A DNA stretch of 52,661 nucleotides from Mayamaea pseudoterrestris (taxonomy: Eukaryota). The stretch lies in contig BROI01000026.1 in assembly GCA_027923505.1 (NCBI GenBank), forward strand, positions 372,001 to 424,661, in the 5' to 3' direction. Under the pieces are notes generated by a model that made no database searches, was not told the origin of the DNA, and saw only the letters and a list, made by a program, of their open reading frames with translations. Position numbers and translations under genes: made by a program. Below are positions 45,902 to 52,661 of the stretch, one piece after another; position 1 is the first letter of the stretch, and each line of letters begins with the position of its first letter.

Positions 45902-48900
45902 TTCCAAATTCACAAGGGCTGGTTCCAAATTCGCAACAATTGGTTCCAGAGGTGCAGGGGCTGGTTCCAAATTCGCAACAACCAGATCCAAATTCGCAAC
46001 AACCGGTTCCAGAGGTGCAGGGGCTGGTTCCAAATTCGCAACAACTGGTTCCAAATTCGCAGGGGCTGGTGCCAAATTCGCAACAACCAGATCCAAATTC
46101 ACAACAACCGGTTCCAGAGGTGCAGGGGCTGGTTCCAAATTCGCAACAACTGGTTCCAAATTCGCAGGGGCTGGTTCCAAATTTGTTCCAAATTTGCAAC
46201 AACCAGATCCAAATTCGCAACAACCGGTTCCAGAGGTGCAGGGGCTGGTTCCAAATTCGCAACAACTGGTTCCAAATTCGCAGGGGCTGGTTCCAAATTC
46301 GCAACAACCAGATCCAAATTCGCAACAACCGGTTCCAGAGGTGCAGGGGCTGGTTCCAAATTTGCAACAACTGGTTCCAAATTCGCAGGGGCTGGTTCCA
46401 AATTCGCAACAACCAGATCCAAATTCGCAACAACCGGTTCCAGAGGTGCAGGGGCTGGTTCCAAATTCGCAACAACTGGTTCCAAATTCGCAGGGGCTGG
46501 TTCCAAATTTGCAACAACCAGATCCAAATTCGCAACAACCGGTTCCAGAGGTGCAGGGGCTGGTTCCAAATTCGCAGGGGCTGGTTCCAAATTCGCAACA
46601 ACCAGATCCAAATTCGCAACAACCGGTTCCAGAGGTGCAGGGGCTGGTTCCAAATTCGCAACAACTGGTTCCAAATTCGCAGGGGCTGGTTCCAAATTCG
46701 CAACAACCAGATCCAAATTCGCAACAACCGGTTCCAGAGGTGCAGGGGCTGGTTCCAAATTCGCAACAACTGGTTCCAAATTCGCAGGGGCTGGTTCCAA
46801 ATTCGCAACAACCGGTTCCAGAGGTGCAGGGGCTGGTTCCAAATTCGCAACAACTGGTTCCAAATTCGCAGGGGCTGGTTCCAAATTCGCAACAACCAGA
46901 TCCAAATTCGCAACAACCGGTTCCAGAGGTGCAGGGGCTGGTTCCAAATTCGCAACAACTGGTTCCAAATTCGCAGGGGCTGGTTCCAAATTCGCAACAA
47001 CCAGATCCAAATTCGCAACAACCGGTTCCAGAGGTGCAGGGGCTGGTTCCAAATTCGCAACAACTGGTTCCAAATTCGCAGGGGCTGGTTCCAAATTCGC
47101 AACAACCAGATCCAAATTCGCAACAACCGGTTCCAGAGGTGCAGGGGCTGGTTCCAAATTCGCAACAACTGGTTCCAAATTCGCAGGGGCTGGTTCCAAA
47201 TTCGCAACAACCAGATCCAAATTCGCAACAACCGGTTCCAGAGGTGCAGGGGCTGGTTCCAAATTCGCAACAACTGGTTCCAAATTCGCAGGGGCTGGTT
47301 CCAAATTCGCAACAACCAGATCCAAATTCGCAACAACCGGTTCCAGAGGTGCAGGGGCTGGTTCCAAATTCGCAACAACTGGTTCCAAATTCGCAGGGGC
47401 TGGTTCCAAATTCGCAACAACCAGATCCAAATTCGCAACAACCGGTTCCAGAGGTGCAGGGGCTGGTTCCAAATTCGCAACAACTGGTTCCAAATTCGCA
47501 GGGGCTGGTTCCAAATTCGCAACAACCAGATCCAAATTCGCAACAACCGGTTCCAGAGGTGCAGGGGCTGGTTCCAAATTCGCAACAACTGGTTCCAAAT
47601 TCGCAGGGGCTGGTTCCAAATTCGCAACAACCAGATCCAAATTCGCAACAACCGGTTCCAGAGGTGCAGGGGCTGGTTCCAAATTCGCAACAACTGGTTC
47701 CAAATTCGCAGGGGCTGGTTCCAAATTCGCAACAACCAGATCCAAATTCGCAACAACCGGTTCCAGAGGTGCAGGGGCTGGTTCCAAATTCGCAACAACT
47801 GGTTCCAAATTCGCAGGGGCTGGTTCCAAATTAGCTCGATCCAGGTCCAAATTCGCAACAACCGGTTCCAGAGGTGCAGGGGCTGGTTCCAAATTCGCAA
47901 CAACTGGTTCCAAATTCGCAGGGGCTGGTTCCAAATTCGCAACAACCAGATCCAAATTCGCAACAACCGGTTCCAGAGGTGCAGGGGCTGGTTCCAAATT
48001 CGCAACAACTGGTTCCAAATTCGCAGGGGCTGGTTCCAAATTCGCAACAACCAGATCCAAATTCGCAACAACCGGTTCCAGAGGTGCAGGGGCTGGTTCC
48101 AAATTCGCAACAACTGGTTCCAAATTCGCAGGGGCTGGTTCCAAATTCGCAACAACCAGATCCAAATTCGCAACAACCGGTTCCAGAGGTGCAGGGGCTG
48201 GTTCCAAATTCGCAACAACTGGTTCCAAATTCGCAGGGGCTGGTTCCAAATTCGCAACAACCAGATCCAAATTCGCAACAACCGGTTCCAGAGGTGCAGG
48301 GGCTGGTTCCAAATTCGCAACAACTGGTTCCAAATTCGCAGGGGCTGGTTCCAAATTCGCAACAACCAGATCCAAATTCGCAACAACCGGTTCCAGAGGT
48401 GCAGGGGCTGGTTCCAAATTCGCAACAACTGGTTCCAAATTCGCAGGGGCTGGTTCCAAATTCGCAACAACCAGATCCAAATTCGCAACAACCGGTTCCA
48501 GAGGTGCAGGGGCTGGTTCCAAATTTGCAACAACTGGTTCCAAATTCGCAGGGGCTGGTTCCAAATTCGCAACAACCAGATCCAAATTCGCAACAACCGG
48601 TTCCAGAGGTGCAGGGGCTGGTTCCAAATTCGCAACAACTGGTTCCAAATTCGCAGGGGCTGGTTCCAAATTCGCAACAACCAGATCCAAATTCGCAACA
48701 ACCGGTTCCAGAGGTGCAGGGGCTGGTTCCAAATTCGCAACAACTGGTTCCAAATTCGCAGGGGCTGGTTCCAAATTCGCAACAACCAGATCCAAATTCG
48801 CAACAACCGGTTCCAGAGGTGCAGGGGCTGGTTCCAAATTCGCAACAACTGGTTCCAAATTCGCAGGGGCTGGTTCCAAATTCGCAACAACCAGATCCAA

Positions 48901-51183
48901 ATTCGCAACAACCGGTTCCAGAGGTGCAGGGGCTGGTTCCAAATTCGCAACAACTGGTTCCAAATTCGCAGGGGCTGGTTCCAAATTCGCAACAACCAGA
49001 TCCAAATTCGCAACAACCGGTTCCAGAGGTGCAGGGGCTGGTTCCAAATTCGCAACAACCGGTTCCAGAGGTGCAGGGGCTGGTTCCAAATTCGCAACAA
49101 CCAGATCCAAATTCGCAACAACCGGTTCCAGAGGTGCAGGGGCTGGTTCCAAATTCGCAACAACTGGTTCCAAATTCGCAGGGGCTGGTTCCAAATTCGC
49201 AACAACCAGATCCAAATTCGCAACAACCGGTTCCAGAGGTGCAGGGGCTGGTTCCAAATTCGCAACAACTGGTTCCAAATTCGCAGGGGCTGGTTCCAAA
49301 TTCGCAACAACCAGATCCAAATTCGCAACAACCGGTTCCAGAGGTGCAGGGGCTGGTTCCAAATTCGCAACAACTGGTTCCAAATTCGCAGGGGCTGGTT
49401 CCAAATTCGCAACAACCAGATCCAAATTCGCAACAACCGGTTCCAGAGGTGCAGGGGCTGGTTCCAAATTCGCAACAACTGGTTCCAAATTTGCAGGGGC
49501 TGGTTCCAAATTCGCAACAACCAGATCCAAATTTGCAACAACCGGTTCCAGAGGTGCAGGGGCTGGTTCCAAATTCGCAACAACTGGTTCCAAATTCGCA
49601 GGGGCTGGTTCCAAATTCGCAACAACCAGATCCAAATTCGCAACAACCGGTTCCAGAGGTGCAGGGGCTGGTTCCAAATTCGCAACAACTGGTTCCAAAT
49701 TCGCAGGGGCTGGTTCCAAATTCGCAACAACCAGATCCAAATTCGCAACAACCGGTTCCAGAGGTGCAGGGGCTGGTTCCAAATTCGCAACAACTGGTTC
49801 CAAATTCGCAGGGGCTGGTTCCAAATTCGCAACAACCAGATCCAAATTCGCAACAACCGGTTCCAGAGGTGCAGGGGCTGGTTCCAAATTCGCAACAACT
49901 GGTTCCAAATTCGCAGGGGCTGGTTCCAAATTCGCAACAACCAGATCCAAATTCGCAACAACCGGTTCCAGAGGTGCAGGGGCTGGTTCCAAATTCGCAA
50001 CAACTGGTTCCAAATTCGCAGGGGCTGGTTCCAAATTCGCAACAACCAGATCCAAATTCGCAACAACCGGTTCCAGAGGTGCAGGGGCTGGTTCCAAATT
50101 CGCAACAACTGGTTCCAAATTCGCAGGGGCTGGTTCCAAATTCGCAACAACCAGATCCAAATTCGCAACAACCGGTTCCAGAGGTGCAGGGGCTGGTTCC
50201 AAATTCGCAACAACTGGTTCCAAATTCGCAGGGGCTGGTTCCAAATTCGCAACAACCAGATCCAAATTTGCAACAACCGGTTCCAGAGGTGCAGGGGCTG
50301 GTTCCAAATTTGCAACAACTGGTTCCAAATTCGCAGGGGCTGGTTCCAAATTCGCAACAACCAGATCCAAATTCGCAACAACCGGTTCCAGAGGTGCAGG
50401 GGCTGGTTCCAAATTCGCAACAACTGGTTCCAAATTCGCAGGGGCTGGTTCCAAATTCGCAACAACCAGATCCAAATTCGCAACAACCGGTTCCAGAGGT
50501 GCAGGGGCTGGTTCCAAATTCGCAGGGGCTGGTTCCAAATTCGCAACAACCAGATCCAAATTCGCAACAACCGGTTCCAGAGGTGCAGGGGCTGGTTCCA
50601 AATTCGCAACAACTGGTTCCAAATTCGCAGGGGCTGGTTCCAAATTCGCAACAACCAGATCCAAATTCGCAACAACCGGTTCCAGAGGTGCAGGGGCTGG
50701 TTCCAAATTCGCAACAACTGGTTCCAAATTCGCAGGGGCTGGTTCCAAATTCGCAACAACCAGATCCAAATTCGCAACAACCGGTTCCAGAGGTGCAGGG
50801 GCTGGTTCCAAATTCGCAACAACTGGTTCCAAATTCACAGGGGCTGGTTCCAAATTCGCAACAACCAGATCCAAATTCGCAACAACCGGTTCCAGAGGTG
50901 CAGGGGCTGGTTCCAAATTCGCAACAACTGGTTCCAAATTCGCAGGGGCTGGTTCCAAATTCGCAACAACCAGATCCAAATTCGCAACAACCGGTTCCAG
51001 AGGTGCAGGGGCTGGTTCCAAATTTGCAACAACTGGTTCCAAATTCGCAGGGGCTGGTTCCAAATTCGCAACAACCGGTTCCAGAGGTGCAGGGGCTGGT
51101 TCCAAATTTGCAACAACCAGATCCAAATTCGCAACAACCGGTTCCAGAGGTGCAGGGGCTGGTTCCAAATTCGCAACAACTTG
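45902..51183 (-). repeat. 21-bp-unit satellite, right arm, inverted relative to the left arm; homogeneous 105-bp (5x21) higher-order repeat, about 50 copies
   Basis: HOR = CCAAATTCGCAACAACCAGAT CCAAATTCGCAACAACCGGTT CCAGAGGTGCAGGGGCTGGTT CCAAATTCGCAACAACTGGTT CCAAATTCGCAGGGGCTGGTT. Printed lines recur every 420 bp (4x105). Confidence 0.98.
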
Positions 51184-51221
51184 TTCGTAGTGAAAGGACT
51201 TGCAGCGAGGTATTCACTATT

Positions 51222-52661
51222 ATGGTTGCGATTACTGCGGAAGCTTTGCAGCTTCTCTGCACAACGCGTTTTCGACGAGACATCCAAGAAGCGTTCTTGT
51301 TTTGGAATGTAACCACCACTACCCAGATGTTGAGACTGACCAAGGAGCAACTTGAAGCCCCCTACTGGGTCGACAGATCCGCCATCAAGCTGGCGTTGGA
51401 CAACCTGGAAGGCGCGCAACCCGACGGTAAGCGCCCGGCCACGAGCCGGCCGAGGAACCGGCCGAGAACAAGCAGCCGCCCCCGAGAACGTCTGAAACGA
51501 CACTAGCACCAGTCTCGTGAACCTTGTCCTCGATGCATGCGAATGGTTTACCATGCCGACGGACCCCGAACACGAAATGGGCGTTGCTTGATTTAGGCAA
51601 GCTCGGCGATACCAAGCGATTCTCGCGGAACAAGAAATCGCGCGAGCGTGAAGAAGGATACTACGTGCTCGAGTCAGAAGAAGCAAGCCGAGCCACTTGC
51701 CAAGCAACTCGAAAATGAGACCATCAAGGCTGAGAAGGCCAAAAGGAAGAAGATGCCAGGGGTCGTTTCTCGAACCTCCAAGACGAAACGAGACTATAAG
51801 GACTACAAAGCGTTCCAACATCCCACGCGTGGTTGAGTTGGGCGCGTCTACCAAGGCAATCGCCAAGCTCCATGGCTGTTCTAACGCGTGCTTCGACAGC
51901 AAGTACGTACCAGTCACGGAAGAAGAGAAATTAGAATTCGAGAATCAGCAAGTCTTCATGTACCTGCGTTTCGCAATTGTCTGGAGTCCCTGGACATCAG
52001 TCGCTCCTGATGAAGTACGGCGACAAGTCTGACGCTCAAGGCGTCTATCGCGAACTCGCGACCAAGTTTGGTTTCGGCGAGTTAGCTACCATCAGCGAGC
52101 GAACTGCAAGCCAGCTTGCGACGATTCGCCCTAGATTCGACCTGGACGAAAGGACACTACAAGTTCTAAACTACATCGAACAGCTCATGAAGAATCTCGA
52201 AGAGTTCCGTCCTGGAGTGACGGATGACAAGAAAAAAGTACTACTGGCTCCGAGCTGCAGTGGAAGGCGGCAGAGATTTCGGCCCCACATGCCGACGTTC
52301 GGCCCGCACTTGCATTTGAACGACGACGCATCATCAGTGCACATGGTGACCCAGACGCCGTCGTCACTGAAGATTATGACTGTCTTTTCGACATGTTGTC
52401 GCAGCAGGCTCTGCGTCGACAACAAGACGCCAAGTTGAATAAGGGCGAAGAACGCCGACCGCCAAGCGAACAACGCGAACACTTCGGACAAGGACGTGGT
52501 AATGGACGCTGGTTCCGGTCGTGGCGGAGGAACGCGGCGGCCAAAGTGGACTCGGCGGTGGACGACGGTGGGCGGTTCCCAAGTGAGCCGTGGTTCCGGA
52601 GGACGGCGGCTCTTCCGCGCCACTACCAGCAGCCGGTACGCAAGCGCATCGGGAACGATTC
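51222..52661 (+). mobile_element. Frameshifted gag region of a Ty1/copia (diatom CoDi-like) LTR retrotransposon, running off the window
   Basis: Fragments in changing frames: KRDYKDY, STKAIAKLHG...FDSKYVPVTEEEKLEFENQQVFMY, DAQGVYREL and DDKKKVLL. They follow the order I recall for CoDi gag (KRD...Y, YVP...EEK..F...Q.FMY, DAQ..Y..L). No LTR or PBS was identified. Confidence 0.65.

Noticed and set aside
43595..51183. Telomeric repeat
   Set aside because: No TTAGGG-like unit, the array is internal, and unique sequence follows it.
45012..51506. 1200-1900 aa ORFs as annotated genes
   Set aside because: The listed starts are non-ATG or internal to the satellite and all six frames are open, so ORF length is not evidence of coding. 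Kept only as a hypothesis in findings.

Overview
Eukaryotic nuclear DNA, very likely from a diatom or other photosynthetic stramenopile. The evidence is short GT-AG introns, bipartite ASAFAP-type plastid presequences and a gag remnant resembling diatom CoDi Ty1/copia elements. The window has three zones. (1) 1-5600 is a CpG-poor mosaic of three satellite families (about 169, 354 and 175 bp monomers). (2) 5733-41870 is a compact island of 19 protein-coding genes in almost perfectly alternating orientation: IMP-type S26 peptidase, Tul1/FLY-like RING E3, organellar LeuRS, class II glycerate kinase, NSUN2/Trm4, TrpD, a SAM-motif/zinc-finger protein, a bZIP, a PDK1-like kinase, RecQ, PepN, an RRM protein, an NPSN-like SNARE, glycine decarboxylase P and several unknowns. 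(3) 42100-52661 holds decayed repeats, a degenerate copy of the 354-bp monomer, and a 7.6-kb satellite built from a 21-bp unit. That satellite flips orientation at 45901, forms a 105-bp higher-order repeat open in all six frames, and runs in-frame into a frameshifted copia-type gag. Most notable: the inverted six-frame-open satellite and its gag junction, a 42-bp-period array of TGACGT (aureochrome/bZIP-type) boxes in a divergent promoter, a covarying dyad in the 169-bp satellite, CpG-decay signatures, and the strict gene alternation. All family assignments come from motif recognition by eye; no database searches were run.
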